Below, piece after piece: positions 41,233-53,760 of a stretch of DNA of 64,000 nucleotides. Numbering within the stretch: position 1 is the first letter of the stretch; each line of letters starts with the position of its first letter. The DNA is from Entomortierella parvispora E1425 (Eukaryota; Fungi; Mortierellomycota), in assembly GCA_020891255.1 (NCBI GenBank), contig BQFW01000002.1, positions 930,001 through 994,000 on the forward strand, in the 5' to 3' direction. The notes under the pieces are model-generated. The model ran no database searches. It was not told where the DNA came from and saw nothing but the letters and a program-made list of their open reading frames with translations. The translations under genes and the position numbers were made by a program.

Positions 41233-41961
41233 GATAAAGAGATGAGAAGAAATAGAATGGCTAATATACAGGTGGGGCGGAGGGGGGAAGAGCAAGCGTC
41301 AAGGACGTCGACAAGGTGCGGGCTTGACTTTGTTGAAGGGGCGGGAAGAGTGGGGAGGGTGAAGAAAAGTGAAGTGGAGAAGAGAAGGAGCAAAGAGAGA
41401 GAGAGAGAGAGGGGAGAACAGTGGGGGACAGAGCAAAAAAGCAAAAGGTGGGGAAAGGGCGATTTGTGTGATCGTCTGCCGCTCTGTTGGGTTGAGCCAC
41501 TCAACGGCTGCTCCGCTGGAGATCTGGCGAGGGGCTGCCAGACAGAAGCGAAGACGAGGCACAGGCGCAGGGGACGCAGGAGAGCCTCGGTCCCCTCTTT
41601 CACTCCATGCCTTGGTTCGCCCAGCTTGCTCGTTGTGTCGTACGATGGATGATCTGTCTGTCCGTCGCTGCTCTGTCGGCGCTATCTCTCCCGTGTGTGT
41701 GGATGGACTCTGCCTTGCGATCTGCTCCTGGACCGATCTTTTTTGAGCCCCCGTCAGCTCTCTTGCTTTTTTTTTGCTGGCAACAGATAGCAGAGAGAAA
41801 CGACTGGACCCAAATATCCACCCATCCATCCCACTCTCCAATTCGTCCATTCGTTCATTCCATCACGCCATCTTTCTATCTGACCGCTCCCAATTGCTCC
41901 TATACCCTCGCTCCTAAGTTGAATTCCCGACCCACATTCACAACCACACCCAACATACATA

Positions 41962-43004
41962 ATGTCCGAGGTATGGACACCATCGTCATGAACACAGCTC
42001 AGCGTTGTCAATGAATGCCCTTTTCTAACCACCTTCTTTCACTCGTGTGCATGTCTTTGTCCATCTTGACCTCTCTCGCCCTTTTCCGCAACAGGAGCTC
42101 GTTGTTCACTTTGAGAAGCTGCTGACTAGGTAAACTAAACGAGTCGGGGGAGATCTTGTTGGAATGGATTGAATGTGTCCAGCCCTAGATCTCACTTTAC
42201 AAGATTCAGCGACTGGGAGCTGGGCGCCAGCTCTCGATACCGCATGTTTACCATTACGGCGGGAGGCGCGTGCTCTAGTAGTACCTTCCAAACAGGCCTG
42301 CCCCTCAATGACTATATCAAAAACTGACACTTTGCCCACATCTTATTCTCTTTGTATTTCACAGGGTTGATGGACTTTTATCTGCTGTTGTCACAGACCG
42401 CGATGGCGTTGTTCTTTTAAGAGGTGAAGCACGCGACTTATTTGTGAACAAGCACACATCGCCAACCACAATGTTCAAGAATACTGAGGGACACTCTCTG
42501 AATTTTATTTCATTTCTTTCATCGCTTTAGCCAACGCGCCGAACAGCGCACCGCCATTTACAGAGTCAGCACTTGGATGCACTTTTGCACTGGCTAGCGA
42601 TCAGGTACTGAACCAATTGATCATTATAGAGCTGCAAAGTTGGATATCTTGAAATCTGGGGAATTCTCACATTGCGGTCGCCTCAACCATCGCGCTTCAT
42701 TTTAGGCGTCCAAACTCGGTCTGAAGAAGAACAGGTCAATCGTCAGCGTTTACGGCGCATACCAATTGGTGCAATTCAATCACTCTTCACTTATCACGAC
42801 CTTTGTCGCCAACAGCAGTGCAAATACAGGTAGCTTGCTCAAAAGTCATATAGGCGCATTTTTGACACGTCTTTTCCCCCCTACAAAATCTGACACGCAC
42901 TGTACAAACATGTAGGACTACTTCTGGAACTTGGAAGCGAACTGGAAAGTGTAACACAAGTCATTGCAACAGCGTTGCATGAGCGACACAGTGGCGCCCT
43001 GTGA
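41962..43004 (+). CDS. LAMTOR3: Ragulator subunit LAMTOR3/MP1 (roadblock fold), 6 short exons, 129 aa, absent from ORF track
   Basis: Exons 41962-41970, 42095-42129, 42365-42423, 42531-42604, 42706-42829, 42916-43004 sum to 390 nt, all introns GT-AG. Product includes VDGLLSAVVTDRDGVVLL, TFALASDQ|ASKLGLKKNRSIVSVYGAYQLVQFNHSSLITTFVANSSANTG, matching the LAMTOR3 signature as I recall it. Confidence 0.92.
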
Positions 43005-43178
43005 AGTGAGTGGAATACGTAAAAAGAACATATTATAAGTAAAAAAAGTGGAGAGTTTCACAGGCAGAAAATCCTGGGGCACCCTTAAGTGAAGGGTTCT
43101 GTCCACGTTGGAAGACAAAAGGGCGAAGTGCGTTTCGGGCAAAAAATTTCTTTGCATTCTTTCCTCATCTTTTTCACC

Positions 43179-45225
43179 ATGTCCAACTTTTCGTTCAAGG
43201 CCGGCATCCCCATCTTTTGCGTGGGATTCACGCGTGATGACCACCTTATTCTCGGTGGAGGCGGAGGCTCTGGCCGTAGCGGCGTTGCAAACAAGATTGT
43301 AAGAGCCAAACACGCGCGAATGAGCTGTCATGCAGCTCCATGGTGGCAAAAGCAATGCCAATATGCGGACATCTTTCAATGGACTGAGCATTCACCCTTT
43401 TATGGTCTTTGCTTCTTTTTCTAGGCTATTTACAAAGTGGATGCTACCGCTAAAACACTGACGGTTGTCTCTGAGAGAGTTTTGAGCCGCGAAGAAGATG
43501 CACCCATGTCCCTCAGTGTTCACCCCAAGGTATGACTTGCTCTGAGCATGAGGTTTTGGCTTATCCTGACAATCGAGCAGAAGCACGCGGTGGGAGAGTG
43601 AGCATGAGGTTCTGCCTCTCGTCTGTTTACATTTTCGTCAGCGGTGGCTGCTCAGTTTTATTGTTGTGCCACGTCCTTTGAGTTTTTGCTCTTTTTAATT
43701 TCCCTTTCCCTTTCACGCTCTTTTGCTTGATCAACCGAATGTTAACAAAGAAAGAACCCTTTGATGTCGCATGTAGGAGGCGACCATGGCATTCGGTATC
43801 AACAGTGCAACAAACAAGATTGAAGCTGGAGAAAATGAAAACTGCAGAGTGTTCGAGTACTCTGATGAAAAGTAAGACGCAGGTCATCTTGTGTCGAACA
43901 AAATAACGCCCAACTGTTGTGTGGTATGAAGAGGCGTACTTATTGACGAAGCCTGTTTTCTTTTGTAGAATCGAGCCAGTCCACAACAAAGGAACGTTGG
44001 CCAGCAGACTTCCTTATGATTATCAGGTACATCAACAAAACTCGAGGATTGAGCTTCACCTTCCGAAGTCCTGAATCTATTCATTAACGATTTCTTTACC
44101 TGGAATATTGGCCATTAGAAAGTAACTCGATTCAACAAGGACGGAACAGTGCTGGCGACCGGAGGCACAGACGGTGTGGTACGTCCGTTTTTCAATAGCA
44201 GCTGGTTCCACGTGGCGCACAGGATGGCAAAGACATACTGACAGGAACTATTCGTCATTCTGGGTCAATTTTTATCGTAGATTGCACTGTTGAACTATCC
44301 AGCATTGACGCCTGTAATGCCTGTCACTCAATTCAAGGGCCATGAAATTCTTGATCTCGACTTCTCAGCCGATGGAGCACATGTAATTCCCTCTTTTGTT
44401 CTACTATGATCCTCGTGACATTGTAGAGAGATCCCTAACTCGTTCTTTTATCATGACTATCATTGGAAACTCACCCTTTAGTTGGCTGCGGTCTCAGAAA
44501 TGAACTTGTGGATTATCTCGGCAGAAACCGGCCGAGTCCTGGAGGTGATTACCAACCCAGTCTTGAACAAGAAGAAACCATTTGTGTTCAAGACGTGTCG
44601 CTTTGGAAGAGGCGCGTTCTCAAACGTGTTGTATACATCGGTTAATGGTGACAAGCACCAAAAACCTTTTGTATGCATGTGGGATGCGTCGAACTGGACA
44701 CGTATTCGTACATTGACTGTGGGATCCAGACCTATCAGTGCATGCACAGTCAGGTATGATTTCCAAAAAAAAAAAAAAAAGAGTATCAGCCATCAAGTCA
44801 AACAATGTACTCAATATTCCATGTTCGTATCCCATAGCGCTGACGGAAAGTTGATCGCGTTCGCCTCCTCCGACATGGGTATCCGGATCTGTAGCAGTAA
44901 AACGTTGCAGGTTTTGATGACAGTGTCCAAAACGCATGAACTCCCCGTCACATCCTTGGCTTTCAACAGTGACGGTTCACAGCTGGCCAGTGGATCGATT
45001 GATACAACCTGTCGAATTATTTCTGTCCCAAAGACTTTCCCCAAGAGTAAGCTCTCATGTTCCCTCCAGTGGACTCGACTTTTGCAATGTACCCAGAAAC
45101 TCATATGGATACCATTTCCCCCTATTATCATGTATCTAGATAACAACTTTGTGATGTTGGTCTTGGCGCTCCTTTTCTTGTTCTTGGCTGCCCTCATCCA
45201 GGTGTACCAAAACTCGCAGCTCTAA
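43179..45225 (+). CDS. SEC12: Sar1 GEF Sec12/PREB (WD40 propeller plus C-terminal TM), multi-exon
   Basis: LILGGGGGSGRSGVANK K-loop; WD repeats (FNKDGTVLATGGTDG, HELPVTSLAFNSDGSQLASGSIDTTC); C-terminal TM helix. Confidence 0.88.
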
Positions 45226-45660
45226 ACGACTCCTCGAATGCATGGATTGTGGATTGTTTGGTATGGAGAGAGTGATGAAGTGTAGGTGTTTTATTGACTC
45301 AAACAACACGGCACAGCAACAACCATAATAAAAAAATTTATCGAAGCAAACAGACACACGCGATATCTTGGACTAAAATACAAGTCAGGAACAAAATGTT
45401 GTACAGGGTATTGAGAGAAGAAAGGGATAAAGTGCAACAAAAAAAAAAAAAAAAAACAGCGGGCGGTAGTTGAGGACAAGGTCAGGACCGAGACTCTCCA
45501 AGAAACAGCGCCACAGGCGGAAAGTGGAAGACACTTTTACAAAGTTCGGAAAGGCCACTGGAATCCCATTACTTGAGAGTCAAGTCTGATATTGGATATC
45601 AACTGGGTACGCTCCAAAAGCGGTGCCAAGTTGTGAGTTTGGCTCCACTGCTTTCTCCCT

Positions 45661-48600
45661 TCAAGCTGGTAAATGATCACGCTCACGGAACACCGCCACT
45701 AGAGGGATATGATCCGATGGAAAGTGTTCACTTGGTAAGGCTGTTGGCAAGGGGGGTCTGTCCAGCCACTGACCGTTTTGTGAGTCCATATCGGGGCTGT
45801 TAAGATGCGAAGGTGTCAGAGTTGCCGATATTGTCGCGGGGGAGGCTGAGTTCGTTGTTGAGAGAGAGTCCTTCCGTCCTTGCGTTGTTTGGAACAGCTT
45901 CGAGAAGTCAAGACAGGGTGTCAGAGTCGTAGAGGATGTTGACGATTGAGATGAGGTAGGGGTGGATGGTGCGAGTTCCTGGGACCTGCCTCGAATGGAC
46001 TCTGACATTGACACGGTGGAAGACGACGTGGAGGAAGAGGATGCTGAAAGAACCGACATCTCCTGCTCAACCTCTGAATCCATATCCGAGGAGCTGGAAT
46101 AAGATAGTGGTGCTTCTGAAGACAGCGTATGATCTGATGAAGACAGACTGTCATTGGAGCTGGACAACGAAGGGACAATCGTTCTCTTGTTTGTTGATTC
46201 GAAATGATCCAAGAAGCTCATGAGTCCCAAGGATGAGGGGTCGTAGAGCAGATAGTCAATTGTTCCTTGGAACTGACGTGTTGCGTTGGTGAATGGCAAG
46301 GTTGAAGACTGATAACTGTCGGCCAGTCCAAGGTTGTGGTGAAAGCGATTGTCTGGTGCCCTTGTGAATCGTCCAAAATCGTTGCCACCAAAATGACAGG
46401 TATCCACCTGGCCCGTCTTGAGGAACTGGACAACTGCACTGTCCGGGAGCGAATTAAAGTCTCCAGCGAGGATGGTGGGTATCGTCCTTTGAGATTTTTG
46501 TAGACTCTGGGAGGGCGATGATGGAGGTGAGTGCTCGTCCTTGTTGAGAGACGGTTTTGTTGCCGTAGACGCAATCACTTCTGCTTTGAGCTCCTCTAAC
46601 TTCGAGGTCAGAATGGCAGTCTGAAGCATTTTGGCATCAGGGAAAGCTGGATCGGCAAGGAGGTGAGTCGTCGCCACTTGAACCAGGCGCTTGGTCCGCC
46701 GATTTTCAAAGAGGGCGACAATAGCCAAGTTGTGGAAAAGGTTGAAGCGAATGGCAGTGTCTCGCGCCATAGAGGGTCGCTTGACGTTGAGGTCGTCCAA
46801 CTCAATCTGATTGAAGCGAAGAACGTGCTCATTCACCAGCTTGAACCGGCTTTGGTGGGAGCACAGATTGTTTTGAAAGGAAAAAAAAAAAACAGAAATC
46901 GAAAAGGGTGAGAATGTAATTTCAAGGAGTTCACTCTGGCCACAAAACAGGAAACGTGGTCGCGTTTCTGGACGTCTCTTGTCATTTTAGCATTGACATC
47001 ATCGTTCTTCCTCCCCCTTACCTATCGCGATAGAAAATGGCACATCCGTCTCGCATCTCGTAGACGTTCATCTTGTAAGCATGGACAGAGCGATAACCAA
47101 GTCGAGAGAGACGAGGGTTGAAGAACTCTTCATAGTCTTTGAGTTCAAGTTCCTATTGGTCAGAGAAAGATGCTTCTTCAGTTTGCTTCCCTGCCCGATG
47201 TCTGTGCTGCATTGTTGTGGGGGGATGAACGTGGGGAAAGTGGGAGAGGCTTTGTGGGGTTGCCTTACCTGCAGGCAGATAATGTCGGCGTCCAGGAAGG
47301 CGATATGGTTCAGGATTGCCTCCTTGCGATAGCTCCATTCAAGAAAGCCCGGCTCACAACCTGCGTCCAGCCTCTGAGGATGGCACAGCCTGGGCGACAG
47401 CAAATTCCAGGAGAGAACTACGAAGGACTCTATTGAAAATAAAAAAAGGGACCCCACCACGATGACATAGTCAGAACAAGGCGTAAATAGAACATAGACT
47501 ACAAGGAAGAACAAGGGGGGGAGGGGTAACCATTATTCGGAAACGTACTGGGATCCATAGACATGGGGCCTAAGGTTTCGCAGACCCATTCGCGCTTTGG
47601 CAACGCCACTAGGACGTCGTCTAGAAAGGACAGAGGGAGAGACCCAGTTCGGTCAGTCAGTCATTCTCGAGGGGCAAAGGGGCAAAGAAAGACCACCCCC
47701 TTGTCAATCCCGCAGGATGAAAAATGGATGGGCGATCACTTTCTTCTTTTTGAAAAAAAAAAGTAAACAAACAAACCGTGTGGCGACACGCGTTTGCATC
47801 CATTTTTCTCTCGTTGCTGTCACAAAAGAGCTTTACCGGAGAAAGATAGCGTGGAGTCCTCTTCGAAGAGCCACCGACGGGGAATGACACTGTTCGCCAG
47901 CAATAGAAGGGCATGCGTTGATAGTCAATAGGTGTGTTCTCTATACTCTACCACTCTCCCAGTCAGTGAGGCAGGCATTTTACCTGAGTGGAATGGGCTG
48001 GACTGGCATGCGGTCTTCCTCGTAGTGGTCGTCGTCCTCCATGACAGGCGAGCCAAGATCCACCAGAGGCACCATATTTTGAAGCTGTGCCATCCGTCTG
48101 GCCTGATAGGCTTGTGTTCGTGCACGTCTCCGTTGTCCTTTGCCTTGGCGCGTGCGCTGCTGTGTCAGCTGGCCTTTCTGGTCCTTGTGCTGCTTGCTGT
48201 TTGTCTGCTGGGCGTCTGTGTGGTGGCTTTTGCCATACCGGTGGTGAAGGTGATGGTGTGGCGCCTGAAGCAAGGGCGCTTCCTTTTCATATGAGCTTAA
48301 CGAGCTACCATCGTCATATGCAAAGAGAGGATGTCGGGCCGACGATGCTGTGGTCGATTGACTGGCTCTGGAGCCCAACCCCAGGTCTGTGCCTGCGCCT
48401 GCGCCTGCTACGCCTGTGCCTGCGGTGCCGGACTTCAAACTTGACCTGCGTTTCTGACCCAAGGGTGGCGACCAAGCTGCGGCTTCTGATAAAGAGGGCC
48501 AGGATGACTCATAGCCAGAGTCGCCGAGACTTTCGCCTTGGACTGGCTTTCCTTTGACTCCGGAAGGTGATGAGGATGGAGGGGGATGGATGTCGATGGG

Positions 48601-48666
48601 TGCGACTGTGGACGCCATTGGTTCGGCGACAGGAGAGGTGGTTGGTGCGACCATCTGGGATGCCAT
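45661..48666 (-). CDS. CCR4/Angel/nocturin-family EEP nuclease without LRR, 6 exons
   Basis: FVVLSWNLL, LDADIICLQ|E, DGCAIFY, VATTHL, ILAGDFNSLP, FTNATRQFQGTIDYLLY, FPSDHIPL. The disordered N-terminal exon (48666-47984) joins in frame through two small exons (47889-47833, 47624-47531). Confidence 0.85.
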
Positions 48667-49646
48667 CAGTTTGCAGTTCCTGAGTGTGAAACAAGGTTGC
48701 AGCGGAGTGCCGTCTGTGGGGTATGGGTAGCCAGGGAGAAGGTCTGAGGACGAGAGAGAAAGAAGAGTCAGAGAAGGGCGAGTTGGCGAAAGAGGAGGGG
48801 AGGATGAGAGGGAAGGAAGAGAAGGAAGGACGGAAGGAAGGGAAGAGAGAGAGGGAAGGAAGGAAGGACAGAAGGGAGGCAAGACAGAGGCTAGAGGACG
48901 AGAGAGAAAGAAAAATTGTTATTCTTGTCGTGCAGCGAATTGTGGCATGTGCGGGAAGGGGAGGACGGAGGAAAGGAGACGAAGAGGCGGGAAGATGTTT
49001 GTGCAAGAAGAACGCGCCCAGAACAGTGCAAACAAAACAGGCGGAACCAGACCGACAGCCGGAACGCAGGCAGGGACGACAAGGGGTTCGAGGGGTGTTT
49101 CTGGGGGTGAGTAACAAGTTGCGTAAAGAGAAAAAAGAACAGGACGTAATGAAGGGATGGATGGGAACCTGAACCTTGTAGAGACGGAATGAGGCGAATC
49201 GGGGCTGGCTCTCTCTCTTTTTTCTTTCCTTGTGAGGGGGATGCCCCTGGCGCCAGACTATGTAGGGGAATGAATGACCCGTGAATGACCCGAGCAGGCC
49301 ACCAGGGCTGAGTCCGGGACCGATGCGGAAGGAGACAGGGCACAGGCAGGCAAGCACACAGCAGACCACCTGGTCTGCCCCAGAGAACAGACGCACGGGC
49401 GCAGGAACCAGCCAGCCAGTGGGCAGGGTGGACGACCCCACTCTCTTTCGGTCCGAGTGACGTGGATGGAAGCAGCAACATGCATGGTTCGACTTTGGGG
49501 GGTTGGCGTTCTTTCTTCTTCTCTGCGTAATCTTTTCCTTCTTTTCTTCTCATCCAACTCTTCCTCCCAAATCTCTCATTCTCCCCACTCGCCCCGCTCA
49601 GTTCCATCCCGCAACCTTATCCCGCGACTCCTGGCATTCTTTCTTC

Positions 49647-51834
49647 ATGTTCAGAAACGCAAACCCCTTTGACGACGTTGTCGGTAAGGCCATTTGTTCC
49701 TACCTTCAGTTGTGCTCCTCTTCAGTCCTTTCAACGCTGTATTCTTACAGTCCATGGAATCCTCTTTCTTTGCCTAGCCAATGCAACAAGTGAAAGTCTC
49801 ACCTCTGAGAACTGGGATCTCATCTTGACCATTTGTGAAAAAGTGAATCGCTCTGGTGACAATTCGTAAGTCTCAGCATGGTTGCCAAGCCCTTCGAATG
49901 CTCGAGGCGCAGTGAGCCATTAAATGAAGAAACTGACGCCATTGCTTACTTGCTTGACATGTTGCAATAGTGGCCGAGACTGTCTAGGTGCTATCCAAAA
50001 GCGTCTTGTCAACAAGAATGCCAATGTCATCCTCTATTCTCTTACAGTACGTCTTAAAGAAGCTCGATTTGTAACGGGTCTTTGAGTGAGAAGATATTCA
50101 TCGACTCTTTTTTTTTTCCTGTAGTTGTGCGAGTCTCTCGCCAAGAACTGCGGACTAAAAGCCCAGAGAGAAATCTCTTCGCGTGCATTTACTGCTCTCC
50201 TTGTCAAGATCTTGAACGAAAAGGTCAGTTGGGTCTTCACGTTAAGTGCCGTTTGATACTCGTATCATTGTCAACCTAGTGGATTGACCTAATATTACTC
50301 TGCCTCTAGACCACCCACCCTGCAGTTCGACTGAGGATACTGGAGCTTATCCAGCAATGGGCGTTTGAATTCCGTGCAGATCCTTCTCTCGGCATTATGG
50401 ATGAGACTTACCAGCAACTTCGAACGCAGTCAAAGTTCAAATTCCCTTCACCTCAAAAGCCCAAGAAAGAACTAAAGGTGAGAACCAATCGTATTTGTGG
50501 TGCTGATAGATTACAGACAGGGCAAGAGCACTTACAAACTCATGGCTTGGCCAATAATTATATAGAGCGAAGCTGACAAGCGCAAGGAGGAAGAAGAATT
50601 GCAATTGGCATTGGCTTTGTCACTCTCTGCCAGCGAGCACTCTGCAGAGCGAGTAAGAACATCTTCAAAGGAGAGGCGGCAGGTATTCAATAGGAGCTGG
50701 TCGCTAATTTCCAAGTATTTATTTATCTTTTAGAAGTCCAACACGCAGTCAGCTCAACTCGCCAATGCGGCCCCTGCCCCTGCTAAGCGCGTGCGGGCAT
50801 TGTACGATTTTGAACCCACCGAAGCTGGCGAGCTAGGATTTCAAAAGGACGATATTATTGAAGTTTTGGCCACATCTTATCAGGACTGGTGGAAGGGCGA
50901 ACTTTATGGACGCCAAGGAATCTTTCCAGTCAACTACGTGGAAGAAATCAAAGAAGGCGAGTCCAACCAGGGCGCAGGGGATCTTGATGACGAGGCGCAT
51001 GTACTTCACGAAGCTAAGAACGTGGATGGGCTTATCCAGATGCTCCAGAATATTGATCCGCGACGGGATAACTTTTCAGACAATGAAACGTTGCAGGATA
51101 CCTACAACAATGTCCTTGGTGTACGACCCAAGCTGGTTGAGCTGATCAGGAAGCACGGAGAAAAGAAGGATGAAATGATGCTCCTGAATGAAAAGCTTGC
51201 CCGTGCCAGAGCCACATACGAAAAGATGATGGAGCAGTCGATCGCAAAGTACAGCAACCCGGCGTACACGGCCTACCAGCCACACCCATCCTATCAAACA
51301 GCATCAGCCACACCCAACTATTTCACGGCACAACCTGGACAGCCTGGACAGCCCGGACAGAATGGTCAGCCCTTTTCAACTGCGCCATACCAGGCGCAAT
51401 ATAGCTCTGGTCCTATCCAGGGCCAAGTACCTTACCAACCCGAGGCCCAATATACTCCATACACCCCTCAGCCTCTCGCCCATCAACAGTCGATTCCTCA
51501 ACAAACACCTCAGCAACTGCCCCAGCAACTGTCCCAGCAGCAGCTCACTTTTGATCAAGTTTATCAGCAACCAGCACAATCAACAGCTCCAACAGATTAC
51601 CATGCCGGTGCTCCTCCCCAGCAGTTCTCACAGCCACCGCCACAGCAGCTACAACAGCAGCCTGTCCAACAGTTTCAGGGACAACCTGTGGCGCAGCAGC
51701 AGCCTGATTACAACGGACAAATGGGGCCGCAGCAGCAGCTTCAGCAGCAGCAGTCAGGCTATGCTCCTCAGTCAGTTGCATTCGCTCCATCGACAAATGG
51801 ATATGCCCCTGCAGCCGTGCCCTCATACCAGTGA
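49647..51834 (+). CDS. HSE1: ESCRT-0 subunit Hse1/STAM (VHS-UIM-SH3-GAT, Q/P-rich tail), multi-exon
   Basis: MFRNANPFDDVV|ANATSESLTSENWDLILTICEKV; UIM EEEELQLALALSLS; SH3 VRALYDFEPTEAGELGF...DWWKGELYGRQGIFPVNYV. Confidence 0.93.
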
Positions 51835-51901
51835 TCGCTCTTAATCTTTGGTCTAGTCTTCCCGACCAAAAAGAAAAAAAAAAGAAAAAAAACATAAAAC
51901 A

Positions 51902-52504
51902 TTATTTTATTTCCATGGTTGAGATATGACTTGAAAGACGTTCGCTCAGTTTGTCTCTCCGCTTTGCATAGTTGTTAGACATATCCTGCTTACCCATGTC
52001 GCCAAAAACTTTGCTCAGACTATCCCAGGTCAGGACCAGGCCAGCAGCGTTTAGACATTGATCTTCTGTCGGACTGACAATACTCTTTTTTGATCTATCC
52101 GATGGTTTTTCTCCAAGAGGTCCTGATGCTTCAGCTTGAAGCTTTGCTAGAGTCTGTAAGCAGGATTCGGCCTGAATCAAATCTGAGGCCCTTATACAGG
52201 CATCCGCCAGTTCTTTCCAAGCACTCATCCTCAAAGTCTTGATCTGTTTTTCTTGCGTGGGCGACCACTGGACCTGAGGTCCATTCTTGGATAATGATGA
52301 AGCAGCGGAGGAAGGGAGATTGTCGAGCAATGAGCAAGACTGGGCGAGAAGGGGAATCGTTGGCTTGTTATTCCGCTCTTGTTCGATGGTCAGAGCCTTC
52401 AACACCTGGAGCTTGCTCAGGACTTCTGTCAGGAGAAGGTCACCTTGCTCTGCGGACGTGGAAACCGGTGCTGTACGCGAAAGCTGCGATGGAGTTTGTG
52501 ACAT
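51902..52504 (-). CDS. Uncharacterised 200-aa helical (TPR-like) protein, intronless
   Basis: Non-repetitive 200-codon ORF with ATG, filling the gap between HSE1 and ATP18; amphipathic helices (AWKELADACIRASDLIQAESCLQTL; LVLTWDSLSKVFGDMG). Confidence 0.65.
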   Translation of the reverse strand: MSQTPSQLSRTAPVSTSAEQGDLLLTEVLSKLQVLKALTIEQERNNKPTIPLLAQSCSLLDNLPSSAASSLSKNGPQVQWSPTQEKQIKTLRMSAWKELADACIRASDLIQAESCLQTLAKLQAEASGPLGEKPSDRSKKSIVSPTEDQCLNAAGLVLTWDSLSKVFGDMGKQDMSNNYAKRRDKLSERLSSHISTMEIK

Positions 52505-52802
52505 GTGTGACTATGAAATAGAGACGAAGGCGAAAGGGTACTCTGAGCTGACAAGGATGTGATGCGCCGAGGATTGGATGTTCAGGTGTGGAAAGCATGT
52601 GCCGGTCCTTCCATGACCTATTGGTTTCCACCTTCAAATAGCGAAGGGTTACCCTTTACAAACGCAAATAACGAGGCTGCGTGACTGTGAACAACACGCG
52701 GCCCTTAATGACCAGTTCCCGGTGCGGGTCAGTGATCCGTTTTTGTTTGATCCATCATCATTTCATCCCTCACCTCCACTCTCCATCCAAATCTACATCA
52801 AA

Positions 52803-53458
52803 ATGCGCGCCTGGTCCGTTCCCTTCATCCGCCCCATGGCCCCCTTCCTGATCGGAGGTGCCATCACCTTCTACGCTCTTAACGCTGCTCAGGAGGTCGC
52901 TCTCAAGAGTATGTCTGCTGATCCGATTACCCCTAACCTCACTCTCACTCTTGTCCACACGACACTAAGCCCCCCGAATCTACCCGCATGCATTCACTGA
53001 AATCCAACACCCCGCCCTTTAATCCCTTCTCTGAGATCAGGATGGCGATTCAGGAAGATTATATGCCTCAATTTTTACACGACTCAAGATGACGTGTTGG
53101 AGGACGGACGATCTGACGACATTGAAAGAAACGTCCTCCTTGAAATTGTGTTTGCATTATTGGTCTCCAAAGAGCGTGTTTTCAGGGACTTGATCTCAAA
53201 CGAGGGCGCTCATGGAGGATCACTACTTCACTCTGATTGTCTACTTTGACAGGATTCTAATCATCTGTTGTTATGGTACTTTCCTCCTCCTCATTTCCTT
53301 AGGCCCCGCCTTCAGGGATGATCCCCGCAACCCCCACTGTAAGCAACGAACCTATTGAGCTGCAACTACCTCCACCCATGGACCGCGAGACTGACGTTTC
53401 CCTCTTTTCCCCTTTCTACTTCTCTTTAGTCACCGGCAAGAAGGAGGAGAAGCACTAA
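52803..53458 (+). CDS. ATP18: Mitochondrial ATP synthase subunit i/j, 3 exons (52803-52908, 53303-53338, 53430-53458)
   Basis: MRAWSVPFIRPMAPFLIGGAITFYALNAAQEVALK|SPAFRDDPRNPH|FTGKKEEKH*, with the conserved DPRNP motif. Confidence 0.9.
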
Positions 53459-53760
53459 ATCTATCGAAGAATACGCTCGATTTGTTAAAAACCCCCATCT
53501 CCCTTCAAAGGAAACACCCATCTCTTCCCATTAAAAATGTATTGCGTCTAGCAAATTCGCAACACCTCGAAAACACATCAGGAGAAGCCCTGTGGAATTG
53601 ACAAATGATGAAAGCGCTGGAGAGTCTTTTTGTGTTGAAGGAATTGATTCAATGGTTGCTTTGGCGTATACAAACATGTCAGAGGAGATACACATTATTG
53701 AGAGATGCTGGCTGTTTATACATTATGGTACAAATGCGAAAAAAGAAAAGGGAGAATGGA

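Noticed and set aside
42010-42130. Protein-looking minus-strand frame (QQLLKVNNELLLRKRAREVK...)
   Set aside because: It is antisense to LAMTOR3 intron 1/exon 2, has no supported start or splice context, and the plus-strand model is complete.
48509-49607. Several 150-310-aa ORFs between the CCR4-like gene and HSE1
   Set aside because: Derived from GA/CT-rich bidirectional promoter sequence; low-complexity translations without motifs.
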